Source: Deltaproteobacteria bacterium (lineage in GTDB: Bacteria; Myxococcota_A; Polyangia; Fen-1088). Taken from it: a DNA stretch of 64,000 nucleotides. Below, piece by piece: positions 9,347-18,800 of the stretch. Numbering within the stretch: the stretch's first letter is position 1; each line of letters begins with the position of its first letter. The position numbers were made by a program, and so were the translations under genes. The notes beneath the pieces are model-generated. The model made no database searches. It was not told where the DNA came from and worked only from the letters and a program-made list of their open reading frames with translations. The stretch lies in NCBI GenBank assembly GCA_033763315.1, contig JANRKS010000011.1, forward strand, positions 96,001 through 160,000, given 5' to 3'.

Positions 9347-11567
9347 GCAGCAAGCTGTCGCCTGATTCCGCGTCGAAAAGAGACGTTGACCGCGGCGGCA
9401 GCGTCACAGATAGCGTGCGTTGATTTCGCAGCGTTAGCGTGCGTTTACCGCCCGTGGCCGAGTGTACCATCAGCAGGTTCATGCCTGCCAATACGCTATC
9501 GTTCGCATCGTTGTAGATATGCGCGCCCGCTTGCCTGAAGATGAACCGCAGCAACGCCGGATCGTGCAGCGAAAGTGTGCCAACCCAAGCGGTGCTTTGG
9601 GCCAACGACTTTTTCGCGACCACGACGCGGGTGGTTCCCTGCAAGTGAGCCACCGCTTGGGCTTGGGCATCCACCACCTCCATCATTGGATCGACGGCGT
9701 CTGAGAGCGCAAAGCTCGTGCGTGGCGCGCCCGGTCCATCAACGACGATCGTTGGATCGTCTTTGGGTTCCCCGGCGAACCGGAAGCGCTGCATGGAAAT
9801 TCCGGTGACCTCATTGCTGAAGGCTTCGTTGAGCGTTTCGCCGTCAAAGTAGCCTGGCATGTATGTCCACAACAGGTGCCTGCCTGCGGTGGCGACCTGT
9901 TCGCGAATGAACGCGCGTTCGGCGGGCAGGATGCGGGTTGTGTGGGCAAACAGCACGGCCTTGTAACGATCGAGCTGCATGCGGGGAAGATCGTCAAGCC
10001 GCACGAAGTCCGCCATGGCGCCCGAGCGATACACCGCGGCTGACAATCGATCAATGAGCACATCATTCACCGTGTTCCAGCGGCTTTTGATCGCGAAGAC
10101 GCTGCTCGGATCGTACACCACCAACACGTCGGCCGCCGGCTCGTAAGGTTTGGCCCAAGCCTTCTGCAAGAGGACGCGAAGGCGCTTGAGCTCGTCGTGG
10201 AACAGGGGATTGTCCCAGCTTCCAGAGCCGAACACAGCGCCAAAGTCGTAGTACCAAAGGCCGTGGCCCCGCAGCAAGGGGTGCAAGGTGTTGCGACGAA
10301 GCAATGCCACGTCATCACGCATGCGCGGCGCGAGCTTGGCGTCGTTGGGGTCGTATTGATCTTCGGGCTGCTTGAGGCTGGTGCCCGTATCCATCTCATC
10401 CAGAAACAGCTTGCCCGCCAGCCGCCCCGATTCAACGAGGCCCCGTGATTGGCCGGCGCCGCCCATTTCGTGCGAATCGGCAAAATACGATTGCGGGGCA
10501 CTCACGTAATCGATCCATTTCGAGTCGAAGATTCGGTTCATCCGCAGGTGCGCGCCCGCGGCCTGGCGGCCAAACGTCGAGAAGTAATAACCATAGAACG
10601 CGCCTGTAATGATGGGGCGGGGCCAAGACGTTTTGACCACCTCGCAAAAGTGCAAGATGTCGTCGGCGATGTTGTCTTGCTGGGCCTCGTAATAATCCAT
10701 CGTTTGACGTTCCCGATTCACGTCGCGAAACAGGCCGGCCAGCGTCCGATCGCGCGCGGCCAGATCGGGAACCGTTGCGCGCGATAAGGTCACAGCCGGG
10801 GTGTTCCAAGCTTTCTGTAAGGCCGCGTCGGTTTTGTATTTGGCCTGCAACCAACGGCGAAAGTACGCTTGCATCGGCGCGCTCACATCAGGATCTTGCG
10901 AGGGAAAACCCCACGGGTGCCATTCGCCATACACGCCGCCAGCCACTTGCAGCCCCACCACGCTGCGACCTTCCGCTGACTTCGCGAGGGACGACAACAT
11001 CTCTTTGAGCTTCGCCGTGGCCTCTTGTTGCCACAGTTGCGACGCGAGGCTGTGGCGCACGTGCCGTTCGGTGTCGCCGTAATGAATCTGCCACGGTGGA
11101 CCGTAATCTTTGCCATCCGCGGGCCCGTTGGCGTATTGCACGCACTCGGTGGGGTGAAGCCGGTTCCACCAAAACGGTGCGTTGACGTGAAAGCGAATGA
11201 ACACCGCCGCTTGAGGGTTCACGTCCACCACGCCCTTTATCTGCCTCCGGACCAGGTCCATGTTGAGTTTGCCATCTGGCGTCCAGATGTCTTGGAACCA
11301 CACGTCCACCTGAAACAACTTGAAGCCCAGCTGGGTGAACACCTCCAAGTTACGCTTCGGGATCTCCTCCCAAGTGAAGCGCCCCCCTCGAAAATCGGTG
11401 AGCGCGTAGATCTGCGGCATCTCCGCTTGGCCGTTCACGAAGATTGTGGGGCGGCCATTCCATATTTTCACGGCGCCCTCCATCCCTTTGGGCCCGGCCA
11501 CGACGGTGGCGGCGGGGGCAAGCGTGAGTAAGGCGAGCAGAACGATCAAGCGGCGTTTCATGGCCAT
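9336..11567 (-). CDS. Secreted glycoside hydrolase, clan GH-A (GH42 beta-galactosidase-like)
   Basis: Signal peptide; GVYGEWH, FRRWLQAKY..L.KAWN, APQSY, LDEMD; C-terminal trimerisation-like domain. Confidence 0.65.
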   Translation of the reverse strand: MAMKRRLIVLLALLTLAPAATVVAGPKGMEGAVKIWNGRPTIFVNGQAEMPQIYALTDFRGGRFTWEEIPKRNLEVFTQLGFKLFQVDVWFQDIWTPDGKLNMDLVRRQIKGVVDVNPQAAVFIRFHVNAPFWWNRLHPTECVQYANGPADGKDYGPPWQIHYGDTERHVRHSLASQLWQQEATAKLKEMLSSLAKSAEGRSVVGLQVAGGVYGEWHPWGFPSQDPDVSAPMQAYFRRWLQAKYKTDAALQKAWNTPAVTLSRATVPDLAARDRTLAGLFRDVNRERQTMDYYEAQQDNIADDILHFCEVVKTSWPRPIITGAFYGYYFSTFGRQAAGAHLRMNRIFDSKWIDYVSAPQSYFADSHEMGGAGQSRGLVESGRLAGKLFLDEMDTGTSLKQPEDQYDPNDAKLAPRMRDDVALLRRNTLHPLLRGHGLWYYDFGAVFGSGSWDNPLFHDELKRLRVLLQKAWAKPYEPAADVLVVYDPSSVFAIKSRWNTVNDVLIDRLSAAVYRSGAMADFVRLDDLPRMQLDRYKAVLFAHTTRILPAERAFIREQVATAGRHLLWTYMPGYFDGETLNEAFSNEVTGISMQRFRFAGEPKDDPTIVVDGPGAPRTSFALSDAVDPMMEVVDAQAQAVAHLQGTTRVVVAKKSLAQSTAWVGTLSLHDPALLRFIFRQAGAHIYNDANDSVLAGMNLLMVHSATGGKRTLTLRNQRTLSVTLPPRSTSLFDAESGDSLLPNP

Positions 11568-11664
11568 TCAGCGTGCGGAACCGGATGGCCTCCAACCATA
11601 GGTATTTATGCTGTGGCGACGGTGAAAGGGCCTTCGCGCGTGGGCCAAGCCACTGGGGCTCGCA

Positions 11665-12621
11665 TCAAAGGGCTTCGTCTAAAAGTTGCGCCAGCGCTTT
11701 GGTTTCAGCGGGCCCCATATCTGACGTAAACAAGCGCGGCAGCGACACCAGCGGCAATTGTGTGCTTGCCGCCAGGCGCTTCAAAATGGGCTCAGCCTCA
11801 AGGCGCCGCGACGACAAAGCGCGCACGCCATCGAGGGTGCTTTGCAGCTGCGGGTTGTTGCTGTGCTTGCCGGCGGCCGACAAAGCCAGACGAATGGGCT
11901 CCGCCGCCCAGGAAGGATCGGGTACCGCATTTACGATTAGCGGGCCAAGCGGTGCGTTCAACTTGTGGCGTGTGGTGTTCACCAATTCCACGGTTTCGCG
12001 CGCGGGCAATTCTTCGGGCAAGGTGACGATCACGAACGCGCTTTCGGTGGGGCTTGTGAGCATGTTGTAGATGCTCTGCGCGTCTCGAGTCAGCGGTCCT
12101 TTGGGCATCGCCGTCACCAACGCCCGCGGGATCTTCATCATGGCCACGGCGTGGCCCGAAGCGGGCGCATCCAAGATCACCAGATCGTATTTCGGCCGGC
12201 CATTGACTTGTTCGGTGGTGTGCCACCACGCTTTGCCTAACATCGAGTAGGCGTAAAGTCCCGGCACCGCAGCCAAGAACGCGCGCACGGGGCGGTTCTC
12301 AAAAACCACCTTGTAAAGCGCCTCAATCCGCAACGTCATCAAGCCATATTCGCGCAGCGCCGCGACGGGCGTCATGTTGACGGCGTCGATGCGATCGGTG
12401 ACCCGCGTGACGTCGGTGCCGAGCGGCGCCGCCGCGCCCAAGAGACGCCCCAAACGGCCTTGGCCCTGCGTCTCGGCCACCAACACACGTTTGCCACGCG
12501 CCGCCGCCGCATAAGCCATCGCGGCGGCCACCGTGGTGCGCCCCACGCCGCCCTTGCCGGATAATACGATCAGCTTTCGATCAAGAACAGCGCTGCGGTG
12601 GGACGGTTGCGGCATCATCAC
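11665..12621 (-). CDS. ArsA/Get3 family ATPase
   Basis: SGKGGVGRTT deviant Walker A, DLVILDAPASGH, IVTLPEELPARET, LIVN. Confidence 0.88.
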   Translation of the reverse strand: MMMPQPSHRSAVLDRKLIVLSGKGGVGRTTVAAAMAYAAAARGKRVLVAETQGQGRLGRLLGAAAPLGTDVTRVTDRIDAVNMTPVAALREYGLMTLRIEALYKVVFENRPVRAFLAAVPGLYAYSMLGKAWWHTTEQVNGRPKYDLVILDAPASGHAVAMMKIPRALVTAMPKGPLTRDAQSIYNMLTSPTESAFVIVTLPEELPARETVELVNTTRHKLNAPLGPLIVNAVPDPSWAAEPIRLALSAAGKHSNNPQLQSTLDGVRALSSRRLEAEPILKRLAASTQLPLVSLPRLFTSDMGPAETKALAQLLDEAL

Positions 12622-13352
12622 AAGCGGCTTCCGTACGCCACGCCAAACACGAACACATCACCAAACACCGAAGTTGCCACACCATCTTTGCCCGCGAAGC
12701 GGGGGTTGCTGGTCATGGCGAAGTAATTGACGTGCAGATCGAGATAGCTTTGCCCTGCGATTGGCACCGCCAAACCACCGGCGACCTGCGCGTACGGACG
12801 GTAGGTGTGCGTGCCGTCGCCATCGAAACCGCGCTCATCGGAGCTGAAGTACCCGATGGCCACGCCGCCGCCCACGCCCACCCAGGGTTGAACGTATGGC
12901 ACGGCAAGCTTGGCGATTTGCAAGGCACCGAAGGTGTTCTCTGAGCCCAAACGCTGGCCGCCAAATTTTTCCTCCACGCCCCGCTCGTTGATGCGGTACC
13001 CGGCCACGTTTTTGCGGTGGTGGGCGTAGCCGAAATCCAAGGCGGTGGCCAGCTCCACTTGGTGCCACAGCATGGCCCAACGCACCCCCAGGGTGAAGCC
13101 CACGCCAAACCCCACCGTGGGGCCCAGATCCACAGAAGGGCGTGTGGTCAAACGCAAGGCCGCTTCGGCAAACACGCGCGGCGGCAAAGGGCGAAGATCA
13201 AGCTGCGTGTTCTCACCGCCCGGGGCCGCCTCCCATGGGGGGGCCGCAGGTCCAGGATCACCTGGGCCGGCTGCGGGCGCGGGTTCGGCTTGGGCAAACA
13301 GCGCCGATGGAGGGAGCAATACGGCCAGGGCCGATACACACAGAAAAGCCAC
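12618..13352 (-). CDS. Putative outer-membrane beta-barrel protein
   Basis: Signal peptide, Pro-rich linker, alternating amphipathic strands (VQPWVGVGGGVA, FVFGVAYG at C-terminus). Confidence 0.6.
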   Translation of the reverse strand: MAFLCVSALAVLLPPSALFAQAEPAPAAGPGDPGPAAPPWEAAPGGENTQLDLRPLPPRVFAEAALRLTTRPSVDLGPTVGFGVGFTLGVRWAMLWHQVELATALDFGYAHHRKNVAGYRINERGVEEKFGGQRLGSENTFGALQIAKLAVPYVQPWVGVGGGVAIGYFSSDERGFDGDGTHTYRPYAQVAGGLAVPIAGQSYLDLHVNYFAMTSNPRFAGKDGVATSVFGDVFVFGVAYGSRL

Positions 13353-13443
13353 GTGCCTTCACCCTAATGAGCGCCGCGCGGTGTGTCCATAGCGGGCCGG
13401 CGGTTTGCGTTTGGCCCCCGCATCGGGTAAGCGGGCAGTGCTG

Positions 13444-14667
13444 ATGTCAACCACTTCACCTGCCGCTGCTTCCTCTGTTGCTCCCAATTCCACGCCCACA
13501 GCCCAGGTGACTTTGCGCAAAGGCAAGGCACGCCCGTTGTGGTTCGGGCACCCTTGGGTCTACGCCAATGCGGTGGAAAAGGTGGCGGGAACCCCTGAGC
13601 CGGGCGACGTCATTTCATTGCTGGATACCGACGGGCGCTTCATTGGGCAGGGCTTGTGGAACGTGCGCTCGCAAATCCCGGTGCGTTTGCTCTCGCGCGA
13701 AGATGAACCCATCAATGACGCGTTTTTTCTGCGGCGCATTCGCGAGGCGCAAGCGCGCCGCACCGCCTTGGGCCTGCCCAACGCCAACACAAACGTCTAT
13801 CGCTTGGTCAACAGCGAGGGCGATCATCTTCCGGGCTTAGTGGTGGACGTGTATGGCGACGCGGTGTCGGTGCAGATCACCACGTTGGGTTTGTTCATGC
13901 GACGGGCTGCCATCTACGACGCTTTACAAACCGTCCTTGCGCCCAAAACAATCTTTCAGGTCAACGCAGGCTCTTACGCCGATCTGGAAGGGTTCGCCTG
14001 CAACGCCGAGATCGCGCGCGGGCAGTCGCGCATCAGCGTGCCGTGCGTTGAAGATGGTATTCGTTTGGAAGTGGAGCCGCTGGCCGGCCAGAAGACAGGC
14101 ATGTTCATCGACCAGCGTGTTGCCCGCCAGCGCGTGGGCCAATGGTCCAAGGGCCGTCGCGTTTTAGATTGCTACGCCTACGCGGGCGGCTTCTCTTTGC
14201 AAGCGGCACGAGGTGGCGCCACTGACATCACGGCGGTGGATTCATCCCCCCGCGCCGTGGCCCGCATTGAAGCCCATGCGGCCGCCAACAACGCCACGGT
14301 ACGCGCGGTCGAAGCCGACGTCTTCCGCTTCTTACAAACGGCCACCGCGGGCGCCTATGACTTGGTAATCATCGATCCACCGAAATTTGCCAAGGCTCGC
14401 AAAGATCTGGAAGCCGCGCGCAAAGGCTATGAACGGCTCAACACCCTGGCCTTACGCACGTGTGCGCCGGGGGCGATCTTCGTTTCATGCTCGTGCTCGC
14501 AGAACATCTCAGCCGACGATCTCGAGCGCGTTGTGGCCGCCGCCGCCAAAGCAGCCGGCCGCAATCTCAGCGTGCTGGATCGCCTCGGCCCCGGCCCCGA
14601 TCACTTGCTGCCGCTGTCTTTCACCGAAGGCCAATACCTCAAAGTTTTGTTCTCCTACGTGGACTGA
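13444..14667 (+). CDS. rlmI: RlmI-like 23S rRNA m5C methyltransferase
   Basis: GHPWVY PUA domain, NSEGDHLPGLVVD, GQKTGMFIDQR, VLDCYAYAGGF, IIDPPKF, SCSCS, YLK. Confidence 0.85.
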   Translation: MSTTSPAAASSVAPNSTPTAQVTLRKGKARPLWFGHPWVYANAVEKVAGTPEPGDVISLLDTDGRFIGQGLWNVRSQIPVRLLSREDEPINDAFFLRRIREAQARRTALGLPNANTNVYRLVNSEGDHLPGLVVDVYGDAVSVQITTLGLFMRRAAIYDALQTVLAPKTIFQVNAGSYADLEGFACNAEIARGQSRISVPCVEDGIRLEVEPLAGQKTGMFIDQRVARQRVGQWSKGRRVLDCYAYAGGFSLQAARGGATDITAVDSSPRAVARIEAHAAANNATVRAVEADVFRFLQTATAGAYDLVIIDPPKFAKARKDLEAARKGYERLNTLALRTCAPGAIFVSCSCSQNISADDLERVVAAAAKAAGRNLSVLDRLGPGPDHLLPLSFTEGQYLKVLFSYVD

Positions 14668-14785
14668 ACGCATACGCAGTTCCTTGCCGTTGCGGGCTGA
14701 TCACGCATGCGTCGCTCTGTCGAGAAATTTCTTTTTGCCTTTATTTGAGGGTCTAATGCAGGCTTCTCAACAAACAGGCGAAGTC

Positions 14786-15058
14786 ATGACTCAATCGATC
14801 AAGCTACGTGCAGTGCTCGAAGGCGACGATATGATGGTTGCGGTGGAAGGCGGATACATCCGTCGCGCCGCCCCTGAAGATGGCTTGGTGGTGGCCACCG
14901 GTGCGGACGAGATGTTCCTTCCCGAAGGCAAGATCGTGGAAGCCTTGCGGGCGTTGCAAACCGCGCGCGACGGCGACAAAGCGGCCAAGCCCGCCAAACG
15001 TGCGTCGCAGATGGAATTGACCGCGGCGCCCGTCAAGAAAATCAGCGGTGGCTCGTAA
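14786..15058 (+). CDS. Small hypothetical protein (90 aa)
   Basis: Fills the gap between rlmI and GH20; GC3-rich codons; stop 3 nt before the GH20 ATG. Confidence 0.6.
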   Translation: MTQSIKLRAVLEGDDMMVAVEGGYIRRAAPEDGLVVATGADEMFLPEGKIVEALRALQTARDGDKAAKPAKRASQMELTAAPVKKISGGS

Positions 15059-15061
15059 GCG

Positions 15062-17344
15062 ATGCGTCTTGCCGGCAGCGTGCTTGTGGCCGCGCTGCTG
15101 CTGCCGTGTGCGCGCGTAGCCTTCGCGGAACCGGCGCTGTTCCCTTGGCCGCAGCGCTACGAAGTGAAGGCGGGTGTTGCGCTGTTGTCGCCTCAAAGCG
15201 CTGTACAAAGCGATGACGATGCCCTCTTGCCGTTGGCAAAACGATTGGCAGAAGAGCTTCAGTCGCTGGCTGGTTCCAGCTCTGCTGCCGCAGGCGTCCC
15301 GATCCAGCTGGCGTTGACGAAGGCGAATGCCAATCCCGAAGGCTACGCGCTTTTCATCACGCCTCGTCGTGTGCGGATCGAGGCAGCGAGTGCCGCGGGC
15401 GTGTTTTACGGCACACGCACGCTTTTGCAGTTGCTGCTCCCTCACAAGGCACCTTGGCGGGTGCCAGCCGCACACATCCAAGACGCGCCTCGCTTTGCGC
15501 ATCGGGGCATGCTGTTCGACGTCGCTCGTCACTTTTATACAGTGAGCGAGCTTGAACGCTTCTTGGACCTGCTGGCGGCTTACAAGCTTAACGTTTTTCA
15601 CTGGCACCTCAGCGATGATCAGGGGTGGCGCTTGCAGATCTCGTCGCGGCCCAAGCTTGGGCAGATAGCCGCGTTTCGCGAGGATCGCCGGCAGGAGCGC
15701 TTTGCTTTGCCCGCGGAATTGCGTGCACCGCTGCCTGCCACCGTTCCGCTTTATGGCGGATTCTATACAGAAGCCGACGTGCGTCGGGTTGTGGCCTACG
15801 CCGCTGCCCGGCATATCACAGTGATTCCGGAGCTGGATTGGCCGGGCCACTCGCAAGCGGCGTTGGCCGCCTATCCAGACCTTTCATGCGCCGAGGGAAA
15901 AACATACAAAGTGGCGCCTGGGGCGGTGTACCCGTTTTCCGATCCCCTGTGCCCCTGCAAGCCGGGCACGATGAAGTTCGTCGACGAAGTGCTGGCGGTT
16001 GTGGTGGCCTTGTTCCCCGGTCCATTCATTCACATCGGCGGCGACGAAGTGAACACGCAGTCATGGAACACGCCTGTGTGCGAACGTTTTCGTCAAGCGC
16101 ATGGACTTACCGACAACAAGGCACTGCAAACTTACTTTGTGTCTCAGGTAGCCGCGGCCGTGGTGGCGCATGGGCGCCAGCCCATTGTGTGGCAAGAGGC
16201 CGCGGAGCACGGCGTTCCACCGCGCACAACCACCATGGCCTGGCTAAGCGCGGCTCCGGTGGGAACGCTGGCGAATGCAGGTCACGATGTGATCAACGTT
16301 GATTCATCGGTGTTCTACTTTGATAAGGGCAATGCCGACGAGGGCCCAGGCTACGCCGGGTGGCGAAAGGTTTACCGCTACAACCCGCTGCCTCGCACGT
16401 TGCTGCCGGGGGCGTACGCACATGTTCTAGGCGTGCAAGGCGCCTTGTGGACTGAGATGGTGCAAACGTTCGCCAAGGTGCAGACGTCCGTTCTACCCCG
16501 CGTGGCCGCGCTGGCGGAGGTTGCCTGGTCACAGCCACCCCTGCGCACCACCACGGCGCCCGCACGTTTGCGCGCGCATCTGGCGTGGCTGGCGGGGCAG
16601 GGCTTCGCGGCGTTTGTGCCTCTGCCGCTGGGCGTGCCCGCGCGAAAAGTGTTTTTGCGAAACACGCGCGTGCAACTCAAAGCACCCGAACCGGGATTCG
16701 ACGTGCACTACACAACCGATGGCGCCGACCCCACGGCGGCTTCGCCGCTTGCGGCGCGCGCGTTGCTCATCAATGCAAGCACCACACTCAAAGCCCGCAC
16801 GATTTTGCGCGGTCATGGCACGGCTATGAGCGATGTGCTCACCGCGAACCTTGTGCGTGCTGTGCCGGCGGCTGCCAAGGCGGTGGATGCCTCGGCGCCC
16901 GGTTTGCTGTGGTCATACCACCCGGGTCGCACAGCGGATGCTCGTCACGCCACGATGAACCCGCCCACGAAAACAGGCGTCATCGAAGCCGCCGGGTTGC
17001 CGGCAGAGCTGCGTGGCCTCAACACCTTTGGTTTGATCGAGTCGGGCCTTGTAACCGTTGCCCAAACCGGCGTTCACACGTTCTGCACCACCTCGAACGA
17101 TGGCAGCGTGCTGTTCATCAACGATGAGGCCATCGTCGAGAACGATTTCATCCATGGCGAACGCACCCGCTGTGGCGAGGTGGCTTTGGCCGCGGGGGCG
17201 CATGCGTTCAAGCTGCTTTATTTCGAGGATTTTGACCGTGAAGCGCTCAGCGTCAGCCACGCCTTCGGCGACGCGCCACCACAGCCGCTGCCCTCGGCGG
17301 CTTATAGCCACACCCCGGACGCGAAGGCCGGTCTGCTACCTTAA
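15062..17344 (+). CDS. GH20 beta-N-acetylhexosaminidase with chitobiase/Fn3-associated and PA14 domains
   Basis: DAPRFAHRGMLFDVARHF, FHWHLSDDQGWR, IPELDWPGH, HIGGDE, GVQGALWTE, HYTTDGADPT, SNDGSVLFI. Confidence 0.93.
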   Translation: MRLAGSVLVAALLLPCARVAFAEPALFPWPQRYEVKAGVALLSPQSAVQSDDDALLPLAKRLAEELQSLAGSSSAAAGVPIQLALTKANANPEGYALFITPRRVRIEAASAAGVFYGTRTLLQLLLPHKAPWRVPAAHIQDAPRFAHRGMLFDVARHFYTVSELERFLDLLAAYKLNVFHWHLSDDQGWRLQISSRPKLGQIAAFREDRRQERFALPAELRAPLPATVPLYGGFYTEADVRRVVAYAAARHITVIPELDWPGHSQAALAAYPDLSCAEGKTYKVAPGAVYPFSDPLCPCKPGTMKFVDEVLAVVVALFPGPFIHIGGDEVNTQSWNTPVCERFRQAHGLTDNKALQTYFVSQVAAAVVAHGRQPIVWQEAAEHGVPPRTTTMAWLSAAPVGTLANAGHDVINVDSSVFYFDKGNADEGPGYAGWRKVYRYNPLPRTLLPGAYAHVLGVQGALWTEMVQTFAKVQTSVLPRVAALAEVAWSQPPLRTTTAPARLRAHLAWLAGQGFAAFVPLPLGVPARKVFLRNTRVQLKAPEPGFDVHYTTDGADPTAASPLAARALLINASTTLKARTILRGHGTAMSDVLTANLVRAVPAAAKAVDASAPGLLWSYHPGRTADARHATMNPPTKTGVIEAAGLPAELRGLNTFGLIESGLVTVAQTGVHTFCTTSNDGSVLFINDEAIVENDFIHGERTRCGEVALAAGAHAFKLLYFEDFDREALSVSHAFGDAPPQPLPSAAYSHTPDAKAGLLP

Positions 17345-17351
17345 GGCGCTG

Positions 17352-18800
17352 ATGATCGAATCAGAGACACACAAAGCATCGTTCGGAGAGATCGCGCGTA
17401 AAGTGGCCGAGGACGAGGGTTTCGTCCTGCAGTTCCCCGCCAGCGAGCCGGCTTTGCCCTACGGAACGAATGACGAAGACGCCCGCGATGAACGCCACTT
17501 GTTGTGGTCGTCGATCGACAACATCGAGTCCACAGATCTGGATCAAGTGGAGGTGGGCGAGCGTCTGGCGAACGACGTCATCCGCATGCGCATCGCCATC
17601 GCCGACGTCGATGAGATGGTGCCCGCAGGCACAGCGCTGGATCACCACGCGGCCCGCAACACGTGCTCGCTTTATGCTGGCCCCGTGACGTTTCCCATGT
17701 TGCCTGACGAGCTTTCAAGCGGCGCCACGTCGTTGCTGCCAGGCGTGGATCGGCTGGCCATTGTCACGCAGATCGATGTGGCGCCTGATGGCAGCTTGCA
17801 AGGCATCGACGTTTACCGCGCGTGGGTGCGCAACGCCGCAAAGCTGGTTTATGGCGAGGTCGGCGCGTGGCTTGAAGGGCAAGGTCCCGCCCCCGCCGCA
17901 CTGGCCAACAGCGCCGCCTTGCAAGAGCAAGTGCACATGCACGATGAAGCGGCTCAGCGTTTGCGACGGCGTCGCATCGAGCACGGCGCGCTTGAGCTTG
18001 AAACCCCCGAAGCCCGCCCCGTGACCAAAGACGGGCAAATTGTGGCGTTAAAAGTGATGGAACGCGATCGCGCGCGCACCACGATTGAAGATTTGATGAT
18101 CGCCGCCAACGGCGCCACAGCGCGGTTTCTGGAGGATCGCCGTGTGGCTTCAATCCGTCGCGTGGTGCGCGCCCCCAAGCGTTGGGATCGCATCGTGCAG
18201 CTGGCAGCCACGCGCGGCACCGTCTTGCCGGAGACGCCGCACCCTGTGGCGCTGTCGGAGTTCTTGCAGCAACAACGGGCCGCCAGCCCACAGACGTACT
18301 CGGAACTTTCACTCAGCGTTGTGAAGCTGTTGGGACCCGGTGAATACGCTGTGGCCGATCCAGATAGCCCCGACGGGCACTTTGGCTTGGCGGTTGAAGA
18401 TTACGCGCACTCGACCGCCCCCAACCGCCGGTATGGCGATTTGGTCACGCAGCGAATCTTAAAAGCCACCGCGGCACAGGCGGCGCAGCCTTATGATGTG
18501 GCCACACTGTGGCGCATCGCTGATCGTTGCACTGAAGCGGAGAACCACGCCCGCGCGTTTGAACGCACGATGCGCAAGGTGGCGGCGGCCTTGTTCCTAT
18601 CCACGCGCATCGGCGAAACGTTTGAGGCGGTGGTCACGGGGCGCGGGCCCAAGGGCGTGTTCGTGCGCTTGTTGGATCCGCCCGCCGAAGGGCGCGTGGT
18701 CAAGGGTGAAGCCGATCTCGACGTGGGTGATCACACGCGCGTGCGCTTGGTTGCAACAGAGCCGAGCCGCGGCTTTATCGATTTCGTTGCCGCACCTTAA
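17352..18800 (+). CDS. RNB-domain exoribonuclease (short RNase II/R-like, no N-terminal cold-shock domains)
   Basis: SIDNIESTDLDQ, IAIADV, IEDLMIAAN, HFGLAVEDYAHSTAPNRRYGDL, C-terminal S1-like domain; start moved to ATG 17352 after the GH20 stop. Confidence 0.88.
   Translation: MIESETHKASFGEIARKVAEDEGFVLQFPASEPALPYGTNDEDARDERHLLWSSIDNIESTDLDQVEVGERLANDVIRMRIAIADVDEMVPAGTALDHHAARNTCSLYAGPVTFPMLPDELSSGATSLLPGVDRLAIVTQIDVAPDGSLQGIDVYRAWVRNAAKLVYGEVGAWLEGQGPAPAALANSAALQEQVHMHDEAAQRLRRRRIEHGALELETPEARPVTKDGQIVALKVMERDRARTTIEDLMIAANGATARFLEDRRVASIRRVVRAPKRWDRIVQLAATRGTVLPETPHPVALSEFLQQQRAASPQTYSELSLSVVKLLGPGEYAVADPDSPDGHFGLAVEDYAHSTAPNRRYGDLVTQRILKATAAQAAQPYDVATLWRIADRCTEAENHARAFERTMRKVAAALFLSTRIGETFEAVVTGRGPKGVFVRLLDPPAEGRVVKGEADLDVGDHTRVRLVATEPSRGFIDFVAAP

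Noticed and set aside
11665-12621. Arsenic resistance operon
   Set aside because: Single-domain ArsA-like protein without metalloid-binding Cys residues and no arsR/B/C/D nearby
17058-17351. 98-aa N-terminal extension of the RNB ORF overlapping GH20
   Set aside because: Overlaps the PA14 domain in another frame and has shadow-like composition; ATG 17352 just after the GH20 stop is more plausible
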